DNA of 59,983 nucleotides from positions 1 through 59,983 of the forward strand of contig CACBVP010000001.1 in assembly GCA_902542795.1 (NCBI GenBank). Direction: 5' to 3'. This document shows positions 23,272 through 33,288 of the stretch, one piece after another. Position numbers and translations under genes: made by a program. Every line of letters starts with the position of its first letter. Within the stretch, counting starts at the first letter, position 1. Source of the stretch: an uncultured Pelagibacteraceae bacterium (GTDB lineage Bacteria > Pseudomonadota > Alphaproteobacteria > Pelagibacterales > Pelagibacteraceae). The notes under the pieces were generated by a model. That model saw only the letters and a list, made by a program, of their open reading frames with translations. It was not told where the DNA came from and searched no databases.

Positions 23272-24156
23272 TTAAACAAATACATTAATAAGTTTAGCTT
23301 TTTTGTTATTAATTAAAATTTCTTTATTGTTAAACTCAGTAAAATCTGGATCAAAAAGTTTGACCAAAGCAAATGGCATAGGCCCACCAATTAAAATTTT
23401 GCCAACAGTAGTATTATTAAATTTAAGTTCATCACCTGTTTTAACACTATCCTGAGTTTTGATAGGCAGCAGTCTTCTTCTTAGTTTATTTTTTAATTTC
23501 ATACGCGCTGTATTTTCTTGGCCGATATAACACCCTTTTTTAAAATCTATTGCTTTTAATTCTTCAAAGTTAGCTTCTAAACCAAATAATTGTTCTTTTA
23601 AACTTTCAACATCTTTTACTGGCACCCCTAAGGCATGCGCATCTTTAAAGTAAATTTCTGGCTCAATAATTTTTAATCCTAATTTTTTTATTGATAGATG
23701 TAATTTCTCAAGAGTTGATAATATTCTCGCACCTAGCTTTTTGTTTCTTGAGTCAATAAAAATAGGGCTGTTTCTATATTCCATAGTATCAGTTTGTTTA
23801 TTTTCATTTTTTTGTATTTCATTGAATTTTTCTAAACTTATTATTCCTATGATGTATTCATTAGATTTATCTTTTATTTCAATTTTAGATCTTAATTTAT
23901 ATTTTGTAAGATAACTTATGATTTCATTTGTAGCTTTATTATCACAATCTAAAAGATAGCCGTCTTTAGATTGAATTAGAAAAAATTCAAACAGATATTT
24001 ACCTTGAGGAGTAAATAAAGCTGAAAAAATTGAACAAGATTTATTTACTTTCTCAATATCATTAGTAATTATATTTTGAAGAAAATTTTTAGCATCATCT
24101 CCAGTAATAGAAATTAATCCACGATCTTCTAATAAAATAATTTGATCTTTTTCCAT
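23272..24156 (-). CDS. ygfZ: Folate-binding Fe-S/tRNA-modification protein YgfZ
   Basis: KGCYIGQE signature; FLQNIITND. Confidence 0.93.
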   Translation of the reverse strand: MEKDQIILLEDRGLISITGDDAKNFLQNIITNDIEKVNKSCSIFSALFTPQGKYLFEFFLIQSKDGYLLDCDNKATNEIISYLTKYKLRSKIEIKDKSNEYIIGIISLEKFNEIQKNENKQTDTMEYRNSPIFIDSRNKKLGARILSTLEKLHLSIKKLGLKIIEPEIYFKDAHALGVPVKDVESLKEQLFGLEANFEELKAIDFKKGCYIGQENTARMKLKNKLRRRLLPIKTQDSVKTGDELKFNNTTVGKILIGGPMPFALVKLFDPDFTEFNNKEILINNKKAKLINVFV

Positions 24157-24192
24157 AAATACAGGATATATTGTATAATATTTTTTTAAATC

Positions 24193-25506
24193 ATGTCTGA
24201 TAATTTTAGTCTCATTATAAAAAACGGCTCTTGTTATATTGATGGTAAGCTTACAAAAACTGACATTGGTTTATCTAGTGGAAAAATAAAAAAGATCGGC
24301 AAAATAGAACTCAATAGTTCTAAAGTTTACGATGCTACTGATAAAGTTGTTTTGCCAGGAATTATCGACACTCAAGTTCATTTTAGAGAACCTGGATCTA
24401 CAGATGCTGAAGACTTAGAAAGCGGAAGCAGAGCTGCTGTGCTTGGAGGCGTAACCTCTTTGTTTGAGATGCCGAACACTAATCCTCCAACTGCTAATTT
24501 GATTGAATTTGATAAAAAATTAAAAGCGGCAAAAAACAGAATGCATAGCAATTATGCTTTTTATTTTGGAGCAACCCCAGACAATACGGATCAGCTTGCA
24601 GATTTAAAAAACGTTGAAGGCTGTTGCGGGGTAAAATTATTTGCAGGATCTTCTACTGGTAATTTATTAGTTGATAAGGAAGCTGACATAGAGAAAGTGA
24701 TATCAAGTAGCGATAGAATAGTTTCAATCCACTCTGAAGATGAAGATATAATTAAACTTAGAAAAAAATTTATTAAAAAAGGTGATGTGCATTCACATCC
24801 TGAATGGAGAAATGTTGAGTGTGCGATGTCATCGACAAGAAGAGTTGTAAAAATAGCAGAGAGATATAATAAAAAAATCCATGTTTTACATGTCACAACA
24901 AAAGATGAAGTAGATTTTTTAGCTATGCATAAAAAAAATGTTACTTTTGAAACTACACCTCAACATTTAACCCTCTATGCACCTGATTGTTATGATAAGC
25001 TTGGGACATATGCCCAGATGAACCCACCTTTAAGAACCAAAGAGCACTATGATCGTCTTTGGGTAGCAGTAAAAAATAATATTGTTGATGTATTAGGTTC
25101 TGACCACGCTCCTCATTTAAAAGTAAATAAAGAAAAAGTTTATCCAGACACACCATCTGGAATGCCAGGAGTTCAAACAATTTTTCCTGTCATGCTTGAC
25201 CATGTAAATAGTGGAAAACTTTCACTAGAACAGTTAATAAACCTTATGTGCGAAAATCCTTGCAGAATTTTTGGTATTAAAAATAAGGGATATATTAAAG
25301 AGGGTTTTGATGCTGATTTAACAATAGCTGACATGAATAAAGAGGTAGTTATAAAAGATGAAATGATCGCAAGTAAATGTAGTTGGACACCTTTTAATAA
25401 CTACAAAGTTAAAGGTTTTCCAGTTGGCACTATTGTTAATGGAAATCTAGTAATGTCTGATGGTAAAGTAGTTTTAAAATCTAAAGGTCAGCCTTTAAAG
25501 TTTTAA
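24193..25506 (+). CDS. pyrC: Dihydroorotase
   Basis: PGIIDTQVHFREPG, MPNTNP, GSDHAPH. Confidence 0.9.
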   Translation: MSDNFSLIIKNGSCYIDGKLTKTDIGLSSGKIKKIGKIELNSSKVYDATDKVVLPGIIDTQVHFREPGSTDAEDLESGSRAAVLGGVTSLFEMPNTNPPTANLIEFDKKLKAAKNRMHSNYAFYFGATPDNTDQLADLKNVEGCCGVKLFAGSSTGNLLVDKEADIEKVISSSDRIVSIHSEDEDIIKLRKKFIKKGDVHSHPEWRNVECAMSSTRRVVKIAERYNKKIHVLHVTTKDEVDFLAMHKKNVTFETTPQHLTLYAPDCYDKLGTYAQMNPPLRTKEHYDRLWVAVKNNIVDVLGSDHAPHLKVNKEKVYPDTPSGMPGVQTIFPVMLDHVNSGKLSLEQLINLMCENPCRIFGIKNKGYIKEGFDADLTIADMNKEVVIKDEMIASKCSWTPFNNYKVKGFPVGTIVNGNLVMSDGKVVLKSKGQPLKF

Positions 25507-27393
25507 TATTTTATTTTCAATAAGATCAGCTTTTATCTCGTCTAAAATAGTAGGGTCATCAATCGTAGCTGGCATTTTATATGGTTCATTGTCGGCTATT
25601 TTTCTAACCGTACCTCTTAGTACTTTTCCTGATCTAGTTTTAGGCAATCTTTTAACTACTATCGCTAGTTTAAAAGCAGCTACTGGACCAACTTTTTCTC
25701 TTACCATTTTAACACATTCATCAATGATATCTTTTTTCTCTTTAGTAACTCCCGCTTTTAAAGCCAGCAAGCCAATCGGTAATTGCCCTTTAAGTTTGTC
25801 AGCAATACCTATGACTGCACATTCAGCAACATCTTTATGTTCAGCTAATACTTCTTCAATTGCGCCAGTTGATAATCTGTGCCCAGCAACATTTATGATG
25901 TCATCTGTCCTGGACATAATCCAAACATAACCGTCTTCATCTATGTGTCCCGCATCGTATGTTTGATAGTATCCTGGGTATGTAGTCATATAATTTTCTT
26001 TATACCTTTTATCTGCACCCCATAGTGTTGGAAACGTTCCTGGAGGTAAAGGAAGCTTAACTACAATATCTCCCATCTTTCCTGGGCCAACTTCTTTACC
26101 CTCTGAGTTTAAAACTTTTAAGTCATAACCAGGAACTGGTTTAAACGCTGAACCGTATTTGACTGGAAATGACTCTATACCAGTACAATCCGATGTGATT
26201 GCCCAACTAGTCTCTGTTTGCCACCAATGATCAATAACAGGTGAGTTAGATAATTTTTCAAACCATTTAATTGTATCAGGATCAGCTCGCTCACCAGCTA
26301 AAAACAATTTATCAAATTTACTTAAGTCATATTTTTTAAAGAATTCTCCATTTGGGTCTTCTTTCTTTATTGCTCTTATAGCTGTAGGAGCAGTGAACAG
26401 AGATTTAACTTTATGTTCTGATATAATTCTCCAAAATACTCCAGCATCAGGCGTTCCCACAGGTTTTCCTTCAAATAAAATTGTTGTGCATCCATAAAAC
26501 AATGGAGCGTAAACTATATACGAGTGACCAACTATCCAACCTATATCACTTGCAGACCACCAAACATCGTCTTGATTAATGTTGTAAATATTTTTCATCG
26601 TCCATTTTAATGCAACGATGTGTCCACCGATATCTCTAACTATTCCTTTAGGTAAACCTGTAGTTCCTGATGTATAAAGTATGTAAGCGTAATCATTTGC
26701 TTTCATCTTTTCACATTCAGCAGGTTTTGCATCTTCATGCGCCTCTTCCCAAGTAATATCCATTTTTAGATTTAAGTCAGCTTTATCTTTTTCTCTTTGA
26801 AAAATAATACATTTGTCAGGTTTGTGATTTGCAAGTTCTAAAGCTTTATTAACTAATGGTTTGTAGTGAACAGTTCTCCCTGGTTCATAACCACATGAAG
26901 CAGTAACTAGTAATTTTGCTTTAGAGTCATCAATTCTACTTGCAAGTTCGTTTGCAGCAAACCCACCAAACACAACAGAGTGAACCGCTCCAATTCTACC
27001 GCAGGCAAGCATAGCTATCACTGCCTCAGGTATCATCGGCATATAAATTATAACTCTGTCACCTTTATTTATTCCTTGGTTTTTTAAAGCGCCTGCAAAT
27101 AATGCTACTCGATCTCTTAATTCTTTATATGTAATATTTTTTTTAACCCCAGTGATTGGACTATCATATATTATTGCTAGTTTATCACCTCTTCCTTCTT
27201 CAATGTGTAAGTCTAAAGCGTTGTAACAAGTGTTCGTTTCACCGTCTTCAAACCATTTATAAAAGGGTGGGTTATCAGAATTAAGAATTTTTGTAGGTTT
27301 TTTGTACCAAAAAATATTATTAGAGACTTCTTGCCAAAATTTTTCTCTATTTTTTATAGAATTTTCGTAAATTTCTTTATATTTTTGATTCAA
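25495..27393 (-). CDS. prpE: Propionyl-CoA synthetase (TTG start)
   Basis: YTSGTTGLPKG, DHWWQTET, LPKTRSGK; YQTYDAG and PLPPG typical of PrpE. Confidence 0.88.
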   Translation of the reverse strand: MNQKYKEIYENSIKNREKFWQEVSNNIFWYKKPTKILNSDNPPFYKWFEDGETNTCYNALDLHIEEGRGDKLAIIYDSPITGVKKNITYKELRDRVALFAGALKNQGINKGDRVIIYMPMIPEAVIAMLACGRIGAVHSVVFGGFAANELASRIDDSKAKLLVTASCGYEPGRTVHYKPLVNKALELANHKPDKCIIFQREKDKADLNLKMDITWEEAHEDAKPAECEKMKANDYAYILYTSGTTGLPKGIVRDIGGHIVALKWTMKNIYNINQDDVWWSASDIGWIVGHSYIVYAPLFYGCTTILFEGKPVGTPDAGVFWRIISEHKVKSLFTAPTAIRAIKKEDPNGEFFKKYDLSKFDKLFLAGERADPDTIKWFEKLSNSPVIDHWWQTETSWAITSDCTGIESFPVKYGSAFKPVPGYDLKVLNSEGKEVGPGKMGDIVVKLPLPPGTFPTLWGADKRYKENYMTTYPGYYQTYDAGHIDEDGYVWIMSRTDDIINVAGHRLSTGAIEEVLAEHKDVAECAVIGIADKLKGQLPIGLLALKAGVTKEKKDIIDECVKMVREKVGPVAAFKLAIVVKRLPKTRSGKVLRGTVRKIADNEPYKMPATIDDPTILDEIKADLIENKILKL

Positions 27394-27497
27394 ATCACCG
27401 CTCCGAAATTATGTAATATTTTGCAAGTATTTCATAAATATCCCCAAAAAAAAACCAAAAATCCAATAAAATTGCGGTTTTTATGGCAAAAAAACAC

Positions 27498-27526
27498 TTC
27501 ACTGTAACTTTGTTTTTTACTATGTT
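27498..27526 (+). promoter_or_regulatory. Putative sigma-70 promoter of proteorhodopsin
   Basis: TTCACT-17 bp-TATGTT; predicted start ~27533 coincides with the 5' base of a hairpin. Confidence 0.5.
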
Positions 27527-27532
27527 CCCAAC

Positions 27533-27588
27533 AATTACTCGGTAGCGGTGATTATAACTGTTTGTCCGAGTAGTTTATATATAAACTA
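27533..27588 (+). promoter_or_regulatory. Proteorhodopsin 5' leader stem-loop plus overlapping 18-bp palindrome
   Basis: AATTACTCGG...CCGAGTAGTT with inner AGCGGT/ACTGTT stem; TAGTTTATATATAAACTA perfect palindrome at 27571-27588. Confidence 0.65.
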
Positions 27589-27622
27589 AAAATAGAAAAC
27601 TAAACAAACGAGGGAGGTTTTC

Positions 27623-28387
27623 ATGAAAAAATTAAGTCTTATTGCATTAGCAACTGCTTTAATGAGTGGTGTAGCTAACGCAGCAGACGCAGCCCTACTA
27701 GAGACGAATGATTTCGTAGGAATTTCATTCTGGCTAGTATCTATGGGTTGTTTAGCAGCTACAGCGTTCTTCTTTTTAGAAAGAGGTTCTGTTGCACCTG
27801 CTTGGAGAGTTTCAATTACAGTTGCAGGTCTAGTTACTGGTATCGCGTTCATACACTACATGTACATGAGAGAAGTGTGGATCGGAACTGGTGAGTCTCC
27901 AACTGTTTACAGATATATTGACTGGTTAATCACAGTACCATTACTAATGCTTGAGTTCTACTTTGTATTAGCGGCAGTGAAAAAAGTACCAAGTTCAGTA
28001 TTCTGGAAACTTTTAATTGGTTCTTTAGTAATGCTTATAGGTGGTTACCTAGGTGAAGCTGGTTACATCCAACCATTTGTTGGTTTCGTGATCGGAATGG
28101 CTGGCTGGATATACATTCTATTTGAAGTATTCTCTGGTGAAGCTGGAACACTTGCAGCGAAAGCTGGTAATAAGTCATTACAAACTGCATTTAGTGCGAT
28201 GAGAATAATCGTTACAATCGGTTGGGCTGTATACCCATTAGGTTATATCTTTGGATATTTAACTGGTGGTGTAGACGTTAACTCATTGAACGTTATCTAC
28301 AACGCCGCAGACTTCCTAAACAAGATCGCTTTCGGTCTTATAATTTGGGCTGCTGCAATGCAGAATACTAGAGTATCAAGAAGCTAG
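27623..28387 (+). CDS. Proteorhodopsin, green-absorbing type (DTE proton pump)
   Basis: Signal peptide, 7 TM; RYIDWLITVPLLMLEF (D97, T101, L105, E108); FIHY (H75); ADFLNK (D227, K231). Confidence 0.97.
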   Translation: MKKLSLIALATALMSGVANAADAALLETNDFVGISFWLVSMGCLAATAFFFLERGSVAPAWRVSITVAGLVTGIAFIHYMYMREVWIGTGESPTVYRYIDWLITVPLLMLEFYFVLAAVKKVPSSVFWKLLIGSLVMLIGGYLGEAGYIQPFVGFVIGMAGWIYILFEVFSGEAGTLAAKAGNKSLQTAFSAMRIIVTIGWAVYPLGYIFGYLTGGVDVNSLNVIYNAADFLNKIAFGLIIWAAAMQNTRVSRS

Positions 28388-28405
28388 TATTTAAGTAATT
28401 AAATT

Positions 28406-28444
28406 AAGGGCAGGTATGTTTTTGCATACTTGCCCTTTTTTTTT
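28406..28444 (+). terminator. Rho-independent terminator of proteorhodopsin
   Basis: AAGGGCAGGTATG-loop-CATACTTGCCCTT followed by a T run. Confidence 0.9.
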
Positions 28445-28464
28445 ATAACTCTATATTTATATAA

Positions 28465-28785
28465 ATGCCTAAAATTACATATAAAGATAATCAAGGAAAT
28501 TCTAAAACAATTGAAGTAGAGAATGGTCTCTCAATAATGGAAGGTGCTATTCAAAATGATATACCTGGCATTGATGCAGACTGTGGTGGATCAATGGCTT
28601 GCGCAACTTGCCATGTTTATGTCGAAGAAAAATGGTTAAATAAACTTCCAAAAGCTGAAGATGCAGAAGTAGATATGATCGACATGGCTCATGAACCAAA
28701 AAAAAATAGCAGATTAAGCTGTCAACTAATTGTTTCAGAAGAACTTGAAGGTTTAACTGTTACTACACCTAAAAAACAATCTTAA
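28465..28785 (+). CDS. fdx: 2Fe-2S ferredoxin (adrenodoxin type)
   Basis: CGGSMACATCH...SRLSCQ. Confidence 0.95.
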   Translation: MPKITYKDNQGNSKTIEVENGLSIMEGAIQNDIPGIDADCGGSMACATCHVYVEEKWLNKLPKAEDAEVDMIDMAHEPKKNSRLSCQLIVSEELEGLTVTTPKKQS

Positions 28786-29798
28786 TGAAAAAAACTGACA
28801 CAATTATTATTGGAGCTGGGCCAGTAGGATTATTTGCGGTTCACCAATTAGGTATTAAAGGACTTAAATCAATAGTTATAGACAATTTAGATAAAGCTGG
28901 AGGACAATGTATTGAGCTTTATCCAGATAAGCCAATTTATGATATCCCAGCGGTACCTGAGTGCACTGGAGAGGAATTAACAAAAAAATTATTAGAACAA
29001 ATCAAACCTTTTAGAACTGAATTTTTTTTAAATGAGAGAGTGGAAGAAGTAAAACAAGATAAAGAAAATTGGATAGTCAAAACTAATAATAAAAATGAAT
29101 TTTTAGCTCCAAATATAATTATTGCAGGCGGAGTAGGCTCATTCGAACCTAGAAAATTATCTGTAAAAGAAGCTGAAAAATTTGAAGGTAAATCTTTATT
29201 TTATGCAGTCAGAAATAAAGAACAATTTAAAAATAAAAATATTTCAATATTTGGAGGAGGAGACTCGGCTTTAGACTGGGCTTTAGAACTATCAAAGTTT
29301 TCAAAAATAAATTTAATTCACAGAAGAGAAGAGTTTAGGGGAGCCCCTCATACTTTATCAGAGATAAAGAAACTAGAAAAAGATGGAACAATATCAATTA
29401 AAACACCATGCCAACTTGACTCAATCCAAGGAGACACAAACATTGAATCAATTACCTTAAAATTTGATGATGGAAAAAATGAAAAAATTAAAACAGATAT
29501 TGTTTTAAGTTTTTTTGGCTTAATAATGAAATTAGGACCTATTGCAGAGTGGGGTCTGAGTATGAATAAAAAGACTATTGAAGTGAATTCTGAAAACTTT
29601 CAAACAAATAAAAAAGGAATTTTTGCTGCAGGAGATATTTGTACCTATCCAGGAAAATTAAAATTGATTTTATCAGGTTTTCACGAAGTTGCTTTAGCAT
29701 CAGTTGAATGTTTCAAGAGAGCTAGACCTAACGAAAAATATAGATTTGAATTCACAACATCCTCAAAAAATATTCAAGAAAGACTTGGAAAAAAGTGA
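28785..29798 (+). CDS. Thioredoxin-reductase-type ferredoxin-NADP+ reductase
   Basis: GAGPVG, GGQC..LYPDKPIYD, GGGDSALDWA; no CxxC. Confidence 0.88.
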   Translation: MKKTDTIIIGAGPVGLFAVHQLGIKGLKSIVIDNLDKAGGQCIELYPDKPIYDIPAVPECTGEELTKKLLEQIKPFRTEFFLNERVEEVKQDKENWIVKTNNKNEFLAPNIIIAGGVGSFEPRKLSVKEAEKFEGKSLFYAVRNKEQFKNKNISIFGGGDSALDWALELSKFSKINLIHRREEFRGAPHTLSEIKKLEKDGTISIKTPCQLDSIQGDTNIESITLKFDDGKNEKIKTDIVLSFFGLIMKLGPIAEWGLSMNKKTIEVNSENFQTNKKGIFAAGDICTYPGKLKLILSGFHEVALASVECFKRARPNEKYRFEFTTSSKNIQERLGKK

Positions 29799-30421
29799 TC
29801 GAACTTCTAACTGCCGATACACCAAATGGAAAAAAAATCTCAATAATGCTCGAGGAGATAAATTATGATTACAAAGTAACAAAAATTAATATTAACAAAG
29901 ATGAACAGTTTAAACCTGAGTTTAAAAAACTTAGTCCATTTAGTAAGATCCCAGTTATTATAGATCATGAGACAAAAACTAGTTTATTTGAGTCGGGCGC
30001 GATATTAATTTATCTAGGTGAAAAAAGTGGTAAGTTTTATGACAAAGATCAAAGAACTATAATTAATCAATGGTTAATGGGTCAAATGGCTTACGTTGGC
30101 CCAATGTTAGGTCAACACCATCAATTCCATCATTATAATCCTGGAAAAAGTGAATTTGGAGAAAATAGATATTTTAAAATCTCTGAGAGAATTTATAGAG
30201 AATTAGATGAAAGATTATCTCAATCCATTTTTTTAGCGGGCAATGAGTATACTATAGCTGATATAGCAACTTTTCCTTGGATTGCACGGCACGAATGGCA
30301 CGATATTGGTTTAAACAAATTTAAAAATTTAAACAGATGGTACGATGAGATTTCAAACAGAAATGCTGTTAAAAGGGGTTATGACCTTTTAAAAAAAGGT
30401 GATCAAATTCCTAAAGCTTAA
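29795..30421 (+). CDS. Glutathione S-transferase (YfcG/Nu-like)
   Basis: TPNGKK, KIPVI, FESGAIL, YTIADIA. Confidence 0.92.
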   Translation: MIELLTADTPNGKKISIMLEEINYDYKVTKININKDEQFKPEFKKLSPFSKIPVIIDHETKTSLFESGAILIYLGEKSGKFYDKDQRTIINQWLMGQMAYVGPMLGQHHQFHHYNPGKSEFGENRYFKISERIYRELDERLSQSIFLAGNEYTIADIATFPWIARHEWHDIGLNKFKNLNRWYDEISNRNAVKRGYDLLKKGDQIPKA

Positions 30422-30843
30422 TCGTCTATAAAAATTTTCTCGTCCCTTTCATGTCTCTCCTGTGCTTCTATAGATAGAGTTGCAACTGGCCTAGCCATTA
30501 GTCTTTTTAATCCAATAGGCTCCCCAGTTTCTTCGCAAAAGCCATAAGTTCCATCTTTAATTCTTTGAAGAGCAGAGTTTATTTTAGAGATTAATTTTCT
30601 ACTTCTATTTAAAGCTTTCATTTCAACAGATTTATCGGTGTAAGATGAAGCTTGATCAATAATATCAGCAGAAGAAACGCTATCGTCAGATGAACTTAAT
30701 AAGTTACCTAAATTATTAGCTTTGATAATATCTTTTTTCCAACTCAATAACTCCTCAGTAAAAAACTTTTTGTGTTTTGCACACATGTATTTTTCCTTAG
30801 AGTTTGGAGTATATTTTTTTTTAGCAGTGGTTTTTTTTACCAT
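30418..30843 (-). CDS. dksA: RNA polymerase-binding factor DksA (alphaproteobacterial type, one Cys in the zinc-finger region)
   Basis: DIIDQA coiled-coil tip; YGFCEETGEPIGLKRLMARPVATLS. Confidence 0.93.
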   Translation of the reverse strand: MVKKTTAKKKYTPNSKEKYMCAKHKKFFTEELLSWKKDIIKANNLGNLLSSSDDSVSSADIIDQASSYTDKSVEMKALNRSRKLISKINSALQRIKDGTYGFCEETGEPIGLKRLMARPVATLSIEAQERHERDEKIFIDD

Positions 30844-30917
30844 TTTTTGAATTTGGGGAGTATATGTTTGATTTTAGCCGTGTCAATAGCTTATAAATTG
30901 TAATAATCTTAAGCTTA

Positions 30918-32291
30918 ATGATACTAAAAAAAAACATTCATAAAGTATTTTATTTATTCCTCATTTTACATTTAACGTTGTGGACATTAATTCCTTCATT
31001 ATCTAACATAAACTTACCTCTGGACACGATTGAGGCTTTAGCTTGGGGGAGTAGTTTAGACTGGGGTTTTAATAAACATCCACCATTTAGTGCGTTTGCT
31101 GTTGAATTTTTTTTCACAATATTTGGCAACAACGATTGGGCCTATTATCTTTTAAGCCAAATTTTTGTTTTAATAGCTTTTTATTTTGTTTGGAAAGTTT
31201 CTAATGAATTATTAAAAGACAAAATATATTCTTTGTTATCAGTTCTCTTGTTATCAGGAATTTATTTTTATAACTATACAACTCCTGAATTTAACGTAAA
31301 TATAAGTCAGCTTCCTTTTTGGGCTTTATCGGTATACTTTTTTTGGAGAGGTATAAATTTAAATAAAAATTTAGATTGGATATTATTTGGAGTTTTTTCA
31401 GCATTTGGTTTTTTATCAAAATACTTGTTTATTTATATTCTTTTAGCTTTATTTATTTTTTTTATTTTAAATTATAAAATATATAAGAAATCACTTAATA
31501 AATACTTTTTTTCAGTTGTAATTTCTTTAGCTTTACTCACACCACATTTCTTTTGGTTATTTGAAAATGATTTTATAACTATATTTTACGGCCTAGATAG
31601 ATCCGGTGTTACAGAGTTTAATTATCTTGATCATCTAAAAAATCCTATAATATTTTTAATAAAACAAATTATTATCTTAATCCCATTTTTTTTAATGTTT
31701 TATGTAATTATTAAAAAATTTAAATTTTCAATTAATAAAAAAAATAAAGAAGTTGCCTTTCTAATTTCAATTAATTTAATTCCAATTGCTTTGATACTAG
31801 CTACATCAATAATAACGGGCGCTGAAATTAGGACTATGTGGATGACACCTTTTTATTTATTTTTTGGGACTTTGTTTATAAGTATATCTAAAAATTTTAT
31901 TGATATGAAAAAGATTAAAAAATTTTATCACGTTTTTTTATTTTTTTTTATTTTATCACCATCACTTTATTTAACTATTTCGTTAATAGATGAAACAAAA
32001 AGAACTGACTATCCAGGTAAAGAAATAGCAAGACTTGTCCAAAATAAATGGGATAATAATTTTATTAATGAAATAAAAATCGTCATTGGTGATGAATGGT
32101 CAGCTGGCAATTTATCTTATCATTTATACTCAAGACCTATTTGGATAAATGATTTAAAAAATAAAACTTCTGATATCACCGAAGAGCAGGGCGTAATATA
32201 CACTGGAAACCCAAAAATACTTAAAAAAATATGTCCTGGGGTTTTTGGAACAATTAATCCGGTTGGTTATTGTATGATTGGAAAAAGATGA
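30918..32291 (+). CDS. GT-C fold glycosyltransferase (GT39/ArnT-like)
   Basis: DTIEALAWG..WGFNKHPP, LSKY, many TM helices. Confidence 0.8.
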   Translation: MILKKNIHKVFYLFLILHLTLWTLIPSLSNINLPLDTIEALAWGSSLDWGFNKHPPFSAFAVEFFFTIFGNNDWAYYLLSQIFVLIAFYFVWKVSNELLKDKIYSLLSVLLLSGIYFYNYTTPEFNVNISQLPFWALSVYFFWRGINLNKNLDWILFGVFSAFGFLSKYLFIYILLALFIFFILNYKIYKKSLNKYFFSVVISLALLTPHFFWLFENDFITIFYGLDRSGVTEFNYLDHLKNPIIFLIKQIIILIPFFLMFYVIIKKFKFSINKKNKEVAFLISINLIPIALILATSIITGAEIRTMWMTPFYLFFGTLFISISKNFIDMKKIKKFYHVFLFFFILSPSLYLTISLIDETKRTDYPGKEIARLVQNKWDNNFINEIKIVIGDEWSAGNLSYHLYSRPIWINDLKNKTSDITEEQGVIYTGNPKILKKICPGVFGTINPVGYCMIGKR

Positions 32292-33160
32292 AAAAAATAA
32301 TTATCTTAATTCCTGTTTTTAATGATTGGGAGTCATTGAGCAAACTTTTAAGCGAGATTAACGAAAATATTATATCTGTCAGTGAAATTAATTTAGAATG
32401 TTTAATTGTTAATGATGCATCTACAATTCAACCCCCGGAATTAAGAAAACCAAGTAATTTTTGGTCTATAGAGCTTTTAAACATGAGAGAAAATAGAGGC
32501 CATGCTAGATGCAATGCATTTGGCATAAGGTATGTTTTTCAAAATAAAGAATTTGATAATTTAATATTAATGGATGGAGATGGTGAAGACAGGCCAGAAG
32601 AAATCAAAAGTCTAATTGAAAAAATAAAAGAGGATTCAACAACATCAGTAGTAGCAAAAAGAGTAAAAAGATCTGAAGGTCCTTTTTTTCAATTTCTTTA
32701 CCAGTTTCACAAACTTATTACTTTTATATTCACCGGGAAAAATATAAACTTTGGTAATTTCTGTATACTTACTAGAAGTGATGTAGAAAAACTTCATTCA
32801 AAAGCAAGTTTGTGGAGCAGTTTTTCTGGAAGTGTTAAAAAATACATAAAATCTCTTAAAGAAATTAATTCAATTAGAGGATTAAGATATTTCGGGCCAT
32901 CTAAAATGTCTTTATTTAAACTTATTATCCATTCACTTTCCATTATAGCTGTATTTAAATATCAAGTTTTTCTGAGATCCACTATAATGCTAATAGCATT
33001 AGCATATCTCAATTCTTATTTGGGAGTTTTTTCAATATTTTTTCAAATATCAATTGTAATTTTTAATCTTTTAATTTTTGTTGTCTCTCTAAGAGAACAA
33101 GAAAAAGATTTACTAAACAGTAATAATAATCTTGTTGGTGTAAAAAAGATTACACACTAA
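32288..33160 (+). CDS. Glycosyltransferase family 2 (polyprenol-P sugar synthase-like)
   Basis: LIPVFND, VNDAS, MDGDGEDRP, C-terminal TM pair. Confidence 0.87.
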   Translation: MKKIIILIPVFNDWESLSKLLSEINENIISVSEINLECLIVNDASTIQPPELRKPSNFWSIELLNMRENRGHARCNAFGIRYVFQNKEFDNLILMDGDGEDRPEEIKSLIEKIKEDSTTSVVAKRVKRSEGPFFQFLYQFHKLITFIFTGKNINFGNFCILTRSDVEKLHSKASLWSSFSGSVKKYIKSLKEINSIRGLRYFGPSKMSLFKLIIHSLSIIAVFKYQVFLRSTIMLIALAYLNSYLGVFSIFFQISIVIFNLLIFVVSLREQEKDLLNSNNNLVGVKKITH

Positions 33161-33173
33161 AAAGTTGCAATAT

Positions 33174-33244
33174 GAGTCTTAAATAGAATCAAAAAGGAAT
33201 CAAAACGTGAACATTTGTCCGTGATTTTGATGTATTGTGGATAA
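33174..33244. promoter_or_regulatory. Three clustered GANTC sites, a hairpin and a perfect DnaA box
   Basis: GAGTC 33174, GAATC 33186, GAATC 33197; ATCAAAA...TTTTGAT inverted repeat; TGTGGATAA 33236-33244. Confidence 0.5.
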
Positions 33245-33288
33245 GAATAAAGGTGCGTAATGTGTAAAAAATTTAAAAAGGATGTTTT

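Noticed and set aside
28060-28110. Carotenoid-antenna fenestration in proteorhodopsin
   Set aside because: Helix E reads VGFVIGM with Phe at the position that appears to align with the fenestration Gly (alignment by eye)
30418-30843. DksA lacking the four-Cys zinc finger
   Set aside because: Normal for alphaproteobacterial DksA
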